Source of the DNA: Pseudomonadota bacterium
Lineage (GTDB): Bacteria; Pseudomonadota; Alphaproteobacteria; Rhodobacterales; Rhodobacteraceae
Assembly (NCBI GenBank): GCA_039190895.1
Contig: JBCCXY010000007.1
Coordinates: 1,357-65,356, forward strand
Length of the DNA: 64,000 bases
Direction: 5' to 3'
The notes under the pieces were generated by a model. It was not told where the DNA came from and did no database searches. It was given only the letters and a program-made list of their open reading frames with translations. The position numbers were made by a program, and so were the translations under genes. Each line of letters opens with the position of its first letter. The first letter of the stretch is position 1. Positions 54,012 to 63,963 of this stretch are shown piece by piece.

Positions 54012-57000
54012 TCAGTAAAGCCCTTTCTTCTTCCAGTCCGGATCAAACTCTCCGACCTTGGCGATTTCGTGAAGGTCGTTCCAGACTTCTGACAGCAGAA
54101 GCGGCGGGACCTGCTTGAGTACGACCGGCTGTGCCGACCACGCATTGCTCTCCGTCTTGGTGAACTGCATAAAGTCGATGGCGGCTGCGAAATCCTCGGC
54201 CCCCATGTAGCTGCCGGTGAAGTGCAGGTCGGCGTTGAGGCCCGCGCCCCGGAACTCTTTCCGGTAGGCGTCGTACCCGCCGCCATCGCCGATGGGCCCC
54301 CGCTCGTACCCGCATTTCTTCGCGGCCCCGCGCAGCTTGAAGTTGGTTGTGAGCCAGCCCTGACGATCCTCAAGCTTGGTCGAGCTCGCCATCTCTTCAG
54401 TGAGCGTCCGCACCGGGCGAGACACCTGCGGGAACAGCGGGTCGACCTCGAAATCCTTGAGATGCTGCAGCCACGCGTCCCGTGTTTCCTCGGCGATATT
54501 GGCTGTATGGGCCATGTCGATCTTCGCAACGTCCGACAGGTCGACGTCATCGCCGTCCGCGTCCATCACGTCGCCTTCCGCTGTCATCCGAAAGGTCTTG
54601 AGCGGGGCGCTGTCGGCATCGAGACCCCGCCAGATCAGCCGCTCGACAAGGCGACGCATGATCGGGTGCGTGGCGAGGTCATCCTGCCAGGCTTCCGCCT
54701 CCCAATCGCGTGGGGTCAGCATCGCCTCATACAGCCGCGCCTGCTGCTGTTCGGCCGCCGCCTTCACGGTTTTCTTGGCGGCGCTCAGCAGGGCCTTCGA
54801 CTCTTTAGTGTTCTCGTCCTTGCCCGCCGGGATCGACTTCACCTCTTTCCCCGCCGGGTTGAACAGCCGCACCGTCAGGTCGCTGTCCAGCCGGGCGACA
54901 TAGGCCTTTTCCTCCTCGCCCACGGGAAGGGGCAGCGTGCCATCCTCCTCAAACCCGCCGGAGGGGATTGAGCGGTCGGCCAACTCCTCTTCCGTCCACC
55001 CGCGCGCTTCGGCAAGCTCGCCCACGAGGGTCGAGGCCAGCTCTCGCACGGTGCGCTGGCGGAAGCGGGTCGCTGTGGCGACCAGCACCTGAATGGCATC
55101 GCGCGTGCCCATGGCGTACAGCACCTCCACCAGCGACTTCGCCTGCGCCACGCGCTTGCCGTGCTTCTTCAGGTGCGCTGCGATGCGGGGCCCCGCCTGC
55201 GTCGGTGTTGCGCCGTGGGTCAGGGCAAGGATGCCTTTGCTGTCGGCGCCAGAGTTGATGTACTCCTTCGACATCCCCATCATCAGCGACTGCACAATCT
55301 CGTCCTCGGTGCGGTTCCGCGCCATCCAATGGTTCGGCATGCTCATGATCTTGCGCGCCTGCTCGACCGCCCTCCGACGCACGTCGTCGTTCGACGGCTT
55401 GGCGACGTCATACGACATCCACGCGTCCAGCACCCAATCGGCAAATGCCTGTGCGCTGTCCGGGGTCAACTGTTTGAAGTAGAGGCCGAACAACGGCGTA
55501 CCGAGCGGCGATTTCAGCTTGAGCGCCAGCCGCAACCAGGCATCGGCAAGCACCGGGTCCGCCGTGCTGCCATCGGCCCAGTGCAGCGCCGGGGCCGAGC
55601 TGAGCTCAAGCCACTTGATCTTCTCGTTAGGCAGTTTGTCGACCAGCGTGCGAGCTTCTTTGAGCAAAGGCTCCTTCCCGAGATACGGGCTGGTGTCGCC
55701 ACCCAACGCGGCAAGCCCCGAGATCATGTCGGCTTTCGCCATCTCGGATTTCTCGGTCTTCAGGCGCTTGGCAATCGCCGTTGCGGCCTTGGCAGAGCCT
55801 CGATCCGCCAGGAATCGCGCCGCATTCGCACGAACCGCCTGGCGCTTGTCCTTCAGGAGTGTGACCAACTCGTCGTCGATGCCCTCGACATCTCGCAAAA
55901 GCTCTTGCGCCGGGCCGTGGAGCTTGGGGCGCGCGTCGATCGCGCAGAACAGCACCGCCGGTCGCAGGGCTTCGGGCAGTGTTGGAAAGTCGGCGGCTAC
56001 CCTCAGGGCGCGCAGGTTGACATGGATGTCGGTGTTGCGCGGTGGCAGAGCCTCGATCACGCTTTGCAGATGCGGGGTCGCAATCTCCCACACGCCGGGG
56101 AAGGACCGTGCGTATCGCCGGTCAGCGGACGTCCCCAAAAGCGCTTCGAGATAAATCAGGGTGTTCGGGCGCGGATCGGGCTCGTGATCGTCGGGCGTTT
56201 GCCGCGACTTGTCTTGATCTTCAACGGCGTCGAACACCTGTTTGAGGCTCAACCTGCCGTCCGTGATCGCGCTTTGAATATGGGCGCCAATCCCCCTCGT
56301 TTGCCGACCAATCAGGACGGGCAGTCCCTTCCTGTGGGAAACTGTCAGATCGATAAGCCGCCGCATGGGCACCTGGTCCAGCACCGATTCAATCACGGCA
56401 TAGGCATTTTGCTGGTGGCGGTATGTGAAGCTCGGAAGTTGCGGGCGCGCGTCCGGCGTGACTTGGGTGTTGAGCGCATCGAACCACGTCTTTGCGATGT
56501 ACTTCGTCTCGGGCGGCTTCGGTTTGTCACCCCGATTGGGGTTCGTGCTTTTCCTCCAGTAGACCAGCCGGGATTCGTACCCAAGCTGTTGCTCTTCATC
56601 GATGACTTTCTCGATCTCTTGCAACTGCTTGAAGAAGGCCTCGTCCAGCGGGCTGCCGCCGTCATCGACCAGCAACTCGTGGGACGGCAGCGTCACATGT
56701 GCGCCGGTCACGTCGATGTAGCCGTTTTCGACTTCGTCCAACTCAGCCGTAATCGCCGAGGTGTTCAGAACGGCGTCCAACGCCGTCAGCACCGCCTGCG
56801 ACTTTTCCTTCTCTCGGCGCGCTTTCAGCGCCTCAAGGGCTGTCGGCGTGCCATAGGCGCCCAGCAGTTGGACCGCCATGGTCCGGCTGTTCGCCTTGCC
56901 CGCCTGCAACAGTTCTACGGCCTTGGCCTCAACCATCTGCGGATCCTGCGTCTCCAGCACAAGGCGAGCGGCCTCGCGGACCTTCGAGGATGTCGCCTCG

Positions 57001-57653
57001 AACTGCTGGAACAGGTACTCCGCCATTTTCGGCGTCTTCATGACGGGAAGCGCCTTGTGCGATTCGATCGACGACGCTTTTCCCTGCGCATCGCACCGCT
57101 CGATTGCCTGAATGTAATGCGCCGGATCCACGTTGTCCCAGAACCCTTCGGGCGGGACGAAGCTCGTTCCGTATCGACCCGGAAGCAGATGCACGATGAC
57201 ATCGACGTCCGTTCCTCCAAGAAGTCGCGTGGCGGCGATAATGTCGTGCGGCGTCGTTGGGTTGTCAGGCTTGTGCCCATAGGTCCTGGCGGTCAGCGCA
57301 AACAGGTTTCGGATGATTTCGGGCGTATTCGTCAGATGCTGGTCTTCGCGAAACCGGCGCGGCAGGCCCCATTTCATCGCATGGCGCAGTTGCACATAGC
57401 GGGCCAACCGCTCGGGCTGGCCGCCCATGTTTCTCGGCAGGTTTTGCAGCGCGGTGTTCACATCGCGATCAAGCCGAGGGTGGGGGATCTGCAGCGCATC
57501 CAGTTCGGCGAGGATGCCGTTGGCCGCGCCATTGATCAGGTATTCCTCCGCCCGCCGGGCGGCGCCGAAGCTTGTTTGGTCAAGGAAGCTGAAGAGGGAG
57601 GTGGGTTTTGCTTTGACTGATCCGAATAGTCCCTTCAGCGCCTTGCCGAACAT
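54012..57653 (-). CDS. giant DUF4132-like protein (YehI-like), paralog A
   Basis: 1213 aa. N-terminus MFGKALKGLFGSVKAKPTSLFSF. HEAT-like repeats. C-terminal domain shared with paralog B. Stop lies 1 nt from paralog B's start. Confidence 0.75.
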   Translation of the reverse strand: MFGKALKGLFGSVKAKPTSLFSFLDQTSFGAARRAEEYLINGAANGILAELDALQIPHPRLDRDVNTALQNLPRNMGGQPERLARYVQLRHAMKWGLPRRFREDQHLTNTPEIIRNLFALTARTYGHKPDNPTTPHDIIAATRLLGGTDVDVIVHLLPGRYGTSFVPPEGFWDNVDPAHYIQAIERCDAQGKASSIESHKALPVMKTPKMAEYLFQQFEATSSKVREAARLVLETQDPQMVEAKAVELLQAGKANSRTMAVQLLGAYGTPTALEALKARREKEKSQAVLTALDAVLNTSAITAELDEVENGYIDVTGAHVTLPSHELLVDDGGSPLDEAFFKQLQEIEKVIDEEQQLGYESRLVYWRKSTNPNRGDKPKPPETKYIAKTWFDALNTQVTPDARPQLPSFTYRHQQNAYAVIESVLDQVPMRRLIDLTVSHRKGLPVLIGRQTRGIGAHIQSAITDGRLSLKQVFDAVEDQDKSRQTPDDHEPDPRPNTLIYLEALLGTSADRRYARSFPGVWEIATPHLQSVIEALPPRNTDIHVNLRALRVAADFPTLPEALRPAVLFCAIDARPKLHGPAQELLRDVEGIDDELVTLLKDKRQAVRANAARFLADRGSAKAATAIAKRLKTEKSEMAKADMISGLAALGGDTSPYLGKEPLLKEARTLVDKLPNEKIKWLELSSAPALHWADGSTADPVLADAWLRLALKLKSPLGTPLFGLYFKQLTPDSAQAFADWVLDAWMSYDVAKPSNDDVRRRAVEQARKIMSMPNHWMARNRTEDEIVQSLMMGMSKEYINSGADSKGILALTHGATPTQAGPRIAAHLKKHGKRVAQAKSLVEVLYAMGTRDAIQVLVATATRFRQRTVRELASTLVGELAEARGWTEEELADRSIPSGGFEEDGTLPLPVGEEEKAYVARLDSDLTVRLFNPAGKEVKSIPAGKDENTKESKALLSAAKKTVKAAAEQQQARLYEAMLTPRDWEAEAWQDDLATHPIMRRLVERLIWRGLDADSAPLKTFRMTAEGDVMDADGDDVDLSDVAKIDMAHTANIAEETRDAWLQHLKDFEVDPLFPQVSRPVRTLTEEMASSTKLEDRQGWLTTNFKLRGAAKKCGYERGPIGDGGGYDAYRKEFRGAGLNADLHFTGSYMGAEDFAAAIDFMQFTKTESNAWSAQPVVLKQVPPLLLSEVWNDLHEIAKVGEFDPDWKKKGLY

Positions 57654-57789
57654 AGTGCGTACACTCCCATGCCTTGATCACGCCATGCGAGTGCACCGCG
57701 TTCACGGCGATTTTGTGACGGTCTCTACGGTTTTGACATGAGGTACCATGTCGCCAACACTGCGGCTTTAGCCGCTTATGGCGACTGGT

Positions 57790-59187
57790 TTATAGCTGGG
57801 CGATGGAGCGTTCCGTTGGCGCTTTAACGACCTGTTCCGCCGCGCGAGGGGCAAGGCCGAACAGGATCAGGGCTGGGCCCGACAGCTTTGCCTCGGTCAG
57901 CGTCGGTTCCAGGGTGTCGAGCGTGGCCTCCAGGATCCGCTGATTGGGGCGGGAGGCGTTTTCGACAACCGTCACAGGCGTCGTGCGCGGCGTGCCGTGC
58001 ATCAGCAGGCGGCCTTGCACAAACCGCGCGGCGCGCTTGCCCATGTAAATGGCCGCGACCGCGCCGGGCTTGGCCAGCGCGGCCCAGTCGTGATCGGCAA
58101 AGCCCTGGATGTCATGACCGGTGATCAGGCGCACGCCAGAGTTCCGCGTGCGCTTTGTCAGGCTTTGACCGATGGCCGCAACGGCGGCTGAGGCCGACGT
58201 GATGCCGGGCACGATGGACCAGTCGAGGTTTGCGTCGGTGACAGCCTCAATCTCTTCGTCGAGGCGACCGAAAACGGCGGGATCGCCGCCCTTCAGGCGC
58301 ACGACCTGCGCGCCGGATTGGACGTGATCGACGATGAGCCTGTTGATGTCGTCCTGCGCCATGGCGGGCCCGAAGCCTTCTTTCCCTGCCGGGATCAGGA
58401 GGGCCTCACGTCTCGCGAGTTCAAGGATCTCTGGCGCGACGAGGCGGTCGTGGATGACGACATCGGCGGTGTCGAGGGCGTTGCGCGCCTTCAGCGTCAG
58501 CAGTTCGGGGTCTCCGGGGCCCGCACCGACGAAAGCAACGTGACCGGGTTCAACCTTGGCCGCGATATGCGTAGCCAGCAGGTCGTGCAGCGCGGCTTGG
58601 AGGGGGCGGCCCTCGGCCTGCGCTAGCGGGCCTGCGCGGTCGTACCAGTCGGCCCAGAACGCGCGGCGGGGGCGGCCAAAGTCGAGGATCTCGGCCGTGT
58701 CGCGGAACGCCTTGCCCGCTTTGGCAAGGAGGCCGAGCGCGGGGGACAACGTCTCTTCCAGGTGCCGTTTGATCTTCCGGGCTAGGACGGGCGCCGCGCC
58801 TTCGGTGCCGATGGCGACCGTCACCGGGTCGCGGTCGACGATGGCCGGGGTGATGAAATCGGACCCGTGCAGGTTGTCGACCATGTTGGTCAAAACGCCC
58901 GCTGCCTTCGCCACAGTCGCGACACGCGCGTCTTCCGCGTCGTCGTCCGTCGCGGCATAGACGAGGGCTTTGTCGTCAGCGTCATTCTCCGCGAACGGGC
59001 GCTGGATGAGGGTGAGGCGATCTTCGGCAACCCAACCTGCGATCAGCGGATCGGGATCGCTGGCGTAGACCATGATCGTCGCCTCGGTTTTCATCAGAAG
59101 GCGCAGCTTGGCAACGGCAGCCTCACCGCCGCCCGCGACGGCGATTGTCTTGCCCTCGACGGCGAGGAAGATCGGAAAGTGTTTCAT
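57790..59187 (-). CDS. cysG: siroheme synthase (precorrin-2 dehydrogenase/ferrochelatase + uroporphyrinogen-III C-methyltransferase)
   Basis: MKHFPIFLAVEGKTIAVAGGGEAAVAKLRLL N-terminal Rossmann. C-terminal SAM methyltransferase domain (VAFVGAGPGDPELLTLKARNAL...VVRLKGGDP). ATG at 59187. Confidence 0.85.
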   Translation of the reverse strand: MKHFPIFLAVEGKTIAVAGGGEAAVAKLRLLMKTEATIMVYASDPDPLIAGWVAEDRLTLIQRPFAENDADDKALVYAATDDDAEDARVATVAKAAGVLTNMVDNLHGSDFITPAIVDRDPVTVAIGTEGAAPVLARKIKRHLEETLSPALGLLAKAGKAFRDTAEILDFGRPRRAFWADWYDRAGPLAQAEGRPLQAALHDLLATHIAAKVEPGHVAFVGAGPGDPELLTLKARNALDTADVVIHDRLVAPEILELARREALLIPAGKEGFGPAMAQDDINRLIVDHVQSGAQVVRLKGGDPAVFGRLDEEIEAVTDANLDWSIVPGITSASAAVAAIGQSLTKRTRNSGVRLITGHDIQGFADHDWAALAKPGAVAAIYMGKRAARFVQGRLLMHGTPRTTPVTVVENASRPNQRILEATLDTLEPTLTEAKLSGPALILFGLAPRAAEQVVKAPTERSIAQL

Positions 59188-59304
59188 GGTGCAGAATATA
59201 GGACATATTCCCAATATGGCGCCATCTCTTGCTTCAAATAAGGACATATGTTCTTTATGGCGGGCGACTTGGGACGAAACAGGCGGATTTTGCAGGAGGC
59301 CGGG

Positions 59305-59766
59305 ATGAGTGTTCGGATCGATGACATGGACCGGAAGATCATGGCGGAGCTTCAGAAGAACGCCGGGCGGTCGCTGGACGAGATCGCGAAGGCGGTCGGG
59401 TCGTCGAAGACCCCGGTCTGGAACCGCATCCGAAAGCTGCGCGAGGCCGGAATCGTCGGCGCCGAGACAGTTGTGCTGAACGCCGAAGCGCTTGGGTTCG
59501 AGGCGTGTTTCTTCGTGCTGATTCGGACGGCGGAGCATGAGGCCGACTGGCAGGCGCAGTTTCTGAAGGCCCTCCGCGAGCGGCCCGAGGTGCAGGAGGC
59601 GCACCGTTTGGCGGGGGATATCGACTATATCCTCAAGGTGCGGGTCGAGAACGCGCGCGCCTACGACGTGTTTTACCAGGCGTTGATTTCGGAGGTGAAG
59701 ATCTTCAACGTTACCGCGCTCCTGTCGATGGAAGAGATCAAGTCCACCACCGCCTTGCCCCTTTAG
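59305..59766 (+). CDS. Lrp/AsnC-family transcriptional regulator
   Basis: MDRKIMAELQKNAGRSLDEIAKAVGSSKTPVWNRIRKL HTH plus a C-terminal RAM domain. ATG at 59305 with a GGAGG RBS. Confidence 0.85.
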   Translation: MSVRIDDMDRKIMAELQKNAGRSLDEIAKAVGSSKTPVWNRIRKLREAGIVGAETVVLNAEALGFEACFFVLIRTAEHEADWQAQFLKALRERPEVQEAHRLAGDIDYILKVRVENARAYDVFYQALISEVKIFNVTALLSMEEIKSTTALPL

Positions 59767-59882
59767 CCATGCGGACGCGCTGCCGCGCGATTTCTGTTTG
59801 TTGACATCGGCTGTGATCGCCTCCTGTTCCGGACGCCCGCTGTGGCCCTCCGGGGGGAGTATTTTCCCGCCAGGTGAAGGGA

Positions 59883-61052
59883 TTAGGGCGAAACCTTGAG
59901 GCAGGCCAGGCCGTGAAAGTGATAGAGGTTCGCGTAGCTGGGGCGTTCAGCGAGCGTTAGGTTCGGGAGCCTGTCGAAGAGGGCTTTCAGGGCAACCCTC
60001 AGTTCGAGGCGGGCCAGCGGGGCGCCGACGCAGAAGTGGATGCCGGCCCCGAAGGCGCTGTGTTTGGACGCGGGGCGCAAGGGGGCGAAGCGGTTGGGGT
60101 CTTCGGCAAACAAAGGGTCGCGGTTGGCCGAAGCCAGAAGCGCGCCGACCTCGTCGCCACGTTTGAGCGGGTGACCGCAGATCTCGGTGTCCTCGTAGAC
60201 ATGGCGCGTGAAGAGGTGGAGCGGGGGATCGTAGCGCAGGATCTCTTCAACCGTACGATCCGGGTCGGAGTTAAGGGCGGCTTGTGCCTGATGGTCGAGG
60301 ATCGCTTTGACGCCGTTGCCGAGCGTGTGGACGGTCGCCTCGTGCCCCGCATTCAGAAGCAGGATGCAAGTCGCGATCATCTCGTTCGGGGTGAGTTTGT
60401 CGCCGTCATCCTCTGCCGCGATCAAGTGAGTTATGAGGTCGTCAGCAGGTGTTGTGCGGCGTTCGTCGATGTGTTTGCGGAGGAAGGTGGAGAACTCGGT
60501 TGCCGCCGCCGCCGCGGCGTCCTCCATCTGACGGGTGCGGCGAGCCTGGTACATCCCGACCATCGCGTTGGACCAGCCAAGCAACTGATCCGACATCGTT
60601 TCGGGCACGCCGAGGAGGCGGGCAATGACGATGACCGGCAGGCGCTGGGCATAGACGGGAAGGAGGTCGAATGCATCCTGCGGCGCGGCGTCTAAGAGGG
60701 TTTGGGCGATCTGTTCTATGTCCGGCGCCAGCGCCGCTACGCGGCGTGAGGTGAAGGCATGCAGGACGAGGCGGCGCAGGCGGGTGTGGCGGGGGGCTTC
60801 GAGTTCGAGCATCGAGTGATCCTCGATGGCGTAAAACGGGCGGAGGTGGTCGGGCACCTCGGGCGGCACCAGCGGGGTGCGACCCATTTGGCGGTGTTTC
60901 AGCACCTGCATGACCGCGCGATGGGAGGTCGCCATGGGCATGTTGTAGTCGTTCCAGAACACCACATCTCCTAAAGCGCGAGCGCGGTCGTAGAACGGGT
61001 AGGGGTCTTGGACGAACGAAGGATCGGTGGGGGACTGGCGGACCGCCTGCAC
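59883..61052 (-). CDS. cytochrome P450
   Basis: Heme-binding loop FGAGIHFCVGAPLARLE. About 389 aa. Confidence 0.85.
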   Translation of the reverse strand: MQAVRQSPTDPSFVQDPYPFYDRARALGDVVFWNDYNMPMATSHRAVMQVLKHRQMGRTPLVPPEVPDHLRPFYAIEDHSMLELEAPRHTRLRRLVLHAFTSRRVAALAPDIEQIAQTLLDAAPQDAFDLLPVYAQRLPVIVIARLLGVPETMSDQLLGWSNAMVGMYQARRTRQMEDAAAAAATEFSTFLRKHIDERRTTPADDLITHLIAAEDDGDKLTPNEMIATCILLLNAGHEATVHTLGNGVKAILDHQAQAALNSDPDRTVEEILRYDPPLHLFTRHVYEDTEICGHPLKRGDEVGALLASANRDPLFAEDPNRFAPLRPASKHSAFGAGIHFCVGAPLARLELRVALKALFDRLPNLTLAERPSYANLYHFHGLACLKVSP

Positions 61053-61922
61053 TCAGCTGCCCCGTTTTTCGAAGCGGGGGAGCATGGCAGAGAAATCCTT
61101 CCCCGCGCCGTCTTCCGCATCGACGAACGCTTCGTACAGATCTCGGGCCGCGCGACCCATTGGGGTGTCGGCACCTGCGGCGACGGCGGCTTGCTGGCTG
61201 AGGCGGAGGTCTTTCAGCATCAGGTCCGCCGCGAAACCGGGTTGGTAGTCGTTGTCGGCCGGAGAGGTCGGGCCAATGCCGGGCGCGGGGCAGTAGGCGT
61301 TCATGGACCAGGAATAGCCCGACGACGTTGACACCACGTCGAACATCGCTTGCCGGTCAAGCCCGAGTTTGTCCGCCAAAGCAAACGCTTCGCAGGTGGC
61401 GATCATGGTGACGCCTAGGATCATGTTGTTGCAGATCTTGGCCGCCTGGCCGTTACCCGAGGGGCCGCAGTGGACGGCCTTTTGACCCATGACGTCGAAC
61501 AGAGCCTCGGCGCGTCGGAAGGCGGCGTCCGGGCCGCCGACCATGAAGGTGAGCGTGCCCGCCGTGGCGCCGCCGGTGCCGCCTGAGACGGGGGCGTCGA
61601 GGGGCAGGATGCCCGCCGCTTCGGCCTCCGCCGCGACGGCGCGGGCGCTGTCGACATCGACGGTGGAGCAGTCGAGGAAGACGCTGCCCGCTTTCATCAC
61701 TGGCAGGATGTCGGCGGCGACAGCGCGCAGGATCGGGCCGTCGGGGAGCATCGTCAGAACCACGTCCTGCCCGCGCGCGGCGTCCTTGCCGCTTTTCACC
61801 TCGGTCATGCCGTCAGGGTAGGGCGCGATGGGGTCGTAGCCCGTCACCTCGTGCCCCGCTCGGGCGAGGTTTGCGGCCATCGGACCGCCCATGTTGCCAA
61901 GGCCGATAAAGCCGATCTTCAT
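61053..61922 (-). CDS. mmsB: 3-hydroxyisobutyrate dehydrogenase
   Basis: MKIGFIGLGNMGGPMAANLARAGHEVTGYD Rossmann fold. HIBADH family length. Confidence 0.8.
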   Translation of the reverse strand: MKIGFIGLGNMGGPMAANLARAGHEVTGYDPIAPYPDGMTEVKSGKDAARGQDVVLTMLPDGPILRAVAADILPVMKAGSVFLDCSTVDVDSARAVAAEAEAAGILPLDAPVSGGTGGATAGTLTFMVGGPDAAFRRAEALFDVMGQKAVHCGPSGNGQAAKICNNMILGVTMIATCEAFALADKLGLDRQAMFDVVSTSSGYSWSMNAYCPAPGIGPTSPADNDYQPGFAADLMLKDLRLSQQAAVAAGADTPMGRAARDLYEAFVDAEDGAGKDFSAMLPRFEKRGS

Positions 61923-62941
61923 ATTGCGGTCTCCTCAAGGCTCAGCGCGTCTGCGCCGAGGGGCATTAGCATGCGGGCGACGTCGCCCGCCGTTACGTCC
62001 TCGATGCAGGCGTGTTGCCATCGGGGCGATTTGTCCTTGTCGATGATTAGCGCTCGGATTCCTTCGATAAAGTCGCCCTGTTCCACGGCGCGGTGGGAGT
62101 AGCGGTACTCCATCGCGACGGCGTTGCGGACGGTGTCGAGGCCGCGCGCGCGATTGACCGCCTCATACGCGCAGGAGGCGGCAAGGGGGGCTTGGCGGGC
62201 GAGGAGGGCTTTGGTGTCGTTATCGTCGAAGCCGCGCATCGCGTCGCCGAGGGTGGCGCCCTGGAAGGCGGTGTCGATCCAGGATTGCATTGCAGAAAGT
62301 TTGCCGTCGGGTGGGGTTTCCCCTTGAAGGCAGGCGGAATCGCCCGTGTTTTCAAGTTCGGCGATTAGGCCGAGCCACTTTACTTCCGGTATGTAAGTGT
62401 CTGCGAATGTTGCAAGAATGGCGTCCGCCGGGCCCATGCGAAAACCGGTGGTGCCCAGGTATTCCCCCAGACGCCCCGGGCCGTTGGCCAGAAGCAAGGT
62501 GCCGCCCACGTCAGGCATGAGGCCGATGGCGGCTTCAGGCATGGCGATGCGGGAGCTGTCTCCCACGATCCGGTGAGAGCCATGGCAGCCAACGCCTACG
62601 CCGCCGCCCATGGTGAATCCCTGTAGGAACGTCACGAAAGGCTTTGAATACTCAGCGATTTTTACGTTCAGACGGTATTCGTCTGTCCAGAATCGGCGAC
62701 CGTAATCGAGGTTGCCTGCGGTGCCTTGCACGTGCATCTCGACAAGGTCTCCACCCGCGCAGAACGCCTTGTCTCCGGTCGCATCGACCACGACCACAAG
62801 CACGTCATCGTCCATACGCCACGCATCAAGCGCCTCCTCGATGTCGAGGCACATCTGCCAGCTTAAAGCGTTCAGCGCGTCAGGTCGGTTCAGCGTGATC
62901 CGCCCCGCGCGGCCCGACTTTCGGATCAGCACGTCGCTCAT
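61919..62941 (-). CDS. 3-hydroxyisobutyryl-CoA hydrolase (enoyl-CoA hydratase/isomerase family)
   Basis: MSDVLIRKSGRAGRITLNRPDALNALSWQMCLDIEEALDAW...KAFCAGGDL. ATG at 62941; the track ORF is extended. Confidence 0.8.
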   Translation of the reverse strand: MSDVLIRKSGRAGRITLNRPDALNALSWQMCLDIEEALDAWRMDDDVLVVVVDATGDKAFCAGGDLVEMHVQGTAGNLDYGRRFWTDEYRLNVKIAEYSKPFVTFLQGFTMGGGVGVGCHGSHRIVGDSSRIAMPEAAIGLMPDVGGTLLLANGPGRLGEYLGTTGFRMGPADAILATFADTYIPEVKWLGLIAELENTGDSACLQGETPPDGKLSAMQSWIDTAFQGATLGDAMRGFDDNDTKALLARQAPLAASCAYEAVNRARGLDTVRNAVAMEYRYSHRAVEQGDFIEGIRALIIDKDKSPRWQHACIEDVTAGDVARMLMPLGADALSLEETAI

Positions 62942-63963
62942 GCGGTGAGGCTCCGCGCGACGATCAAGCGCATGATTTCGTTGGTGCCTTCGAGGATCTG
63001 GTGCACCCGCAGATCGCGGACGATCTTCTCGATCCCGTAGTCGCCGAGATAGCCGTAGCCGCCGTGGAGCTGGAGGCATTGGTCGGCAACGCGGCTGCCT
63101 GCCTCGGTGACGAATTTCTTCGCCATCGCGCAGCGTTTCGTGGCGTCGGGCTGGCCCGTGTCGAGCGCCCAGGCGGCCTCGCGCAGGAAGGTGCGGGCAG
63201 CCTGAAGCTCAATCTCCATGTCGGCGAGGCGGAACTGGAGGGCCTGGAACTCCTGCAGTGCTTTGCCGAAGGCGCGGCGTTCGCTCATGTACGCGCGGGT
63301 CTGGTCGAGCGCGGCCTGCGCGGCGCCCAGTGAGCAGGCGGCGATATTCAGGCGTCCGCCATCGAGGCCAGACATGGCATAGGTGAAGCCCTTGCCTTCC
63401 TCGCCCAAAAGCGCGTCGGCGGGGACGTCGCAGTCATCGAGCTGTACCTGCCGCGTGGGTTGGCTGCGCCAGCCCATCTTGTCCTCAAGTCCGCCGAAAC
63501 TCAGGCCATTAGACCCTTCGTCGACGATGATCGCCGAGATGCCCTTCGGCCCATCGTCCCCTGTGCGGCACATGACGATGTAGGCGTCCGAGTAACCGCC
63601 GCCCGAGATGAATGCCTTTGTACCGGTCAGGCGGTAGCCTGCGTTGGTTCGCTCTGCCTTGGTCTTCAAGGCTGCGGCATCAGAGCCGGAGCCCGGTTCG
63701 GTCAGGCAGTATGCATAGAAGTGTTCCATGGAAAGGGCGGCCGGCAGGCGGGCCGCCTTCATTTCGTCCGAGCCGAAGCGGTCGATCATCCAGGCGCACA
63801 TGTTGTGGATCGACAGGAACGCCGCGACGCTGGCGCAGGACATCGAAAGCGCCTCGAACACGAGAGTGGCGTCGAGGGGGTATTGTTCCTTTCTGTACCA
63901 AGACGAGTTTGTCCTGGAGAATTTCTCCTTCAGGCTCTTTCCCATCATCATAAAAATGAGCAT
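62938..63963 (-). CDS. isobutyryl-CoA dehydrogenase-like acyl-CoA dehydrogenase (N-terminus unresolved at window edge)
   Basis: Close match to the ACAD8/IBD family (VAAFLSIHNMCAWMIDRFGSDEMKA...YCLTEPGSGSDAAAL...QLHGGYGYLGDYGIEKIVRDLRVHQILEGTNEIMRLIVARSL). The expected N-terminal roughly 70 aa are missing: an in-frame stop and an AT-rich patch sit upstream of ATG 63963. Confidence 0.7.
   Translation of the reverse strand: MLIFMMMGKSLKEKFSRTNSSWYRKEQYPLDATLVFEALSMSCASVAAFLSIHNMCAWMIDRFGSDEMKAARLPAALSMEHFYAYCLTEPGSGSDAAALKTKAERTNAGYRLTGTKAFISGGGYSDAYIVMCRTGDDGPKGISAIIVDEGSNGLSFGGLEDKMGWRSQPTRQVQLDDCDVPADALLGEEGKGFTYAMSGLDGGRLNIAACSLGAAQAALDQTRAYMSERRAFGKALQEFQALQFRLADMEIELQAARTFLREAAWALDTGQPDATKRCAMAKKFVTEAGSRVADQCLQLHGGYGYLGDYGIEKIVRDLRVHQILEGTNEIMRLIVARSLTA

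Noticed and set aside
54012-54550. 540-nt overlap between the two giant ORFs as a real gene overlap or programmed frameshift
   Set aside because: The overlapping 180 codons of the 50288..54550 ORF are Arg/Ser-rich out-of-frame sequence. A clean ATG (MSFFKRLL...) sits 1 nt after the upstream stop, so a simple adjacent-gene arrangement is far more likely.
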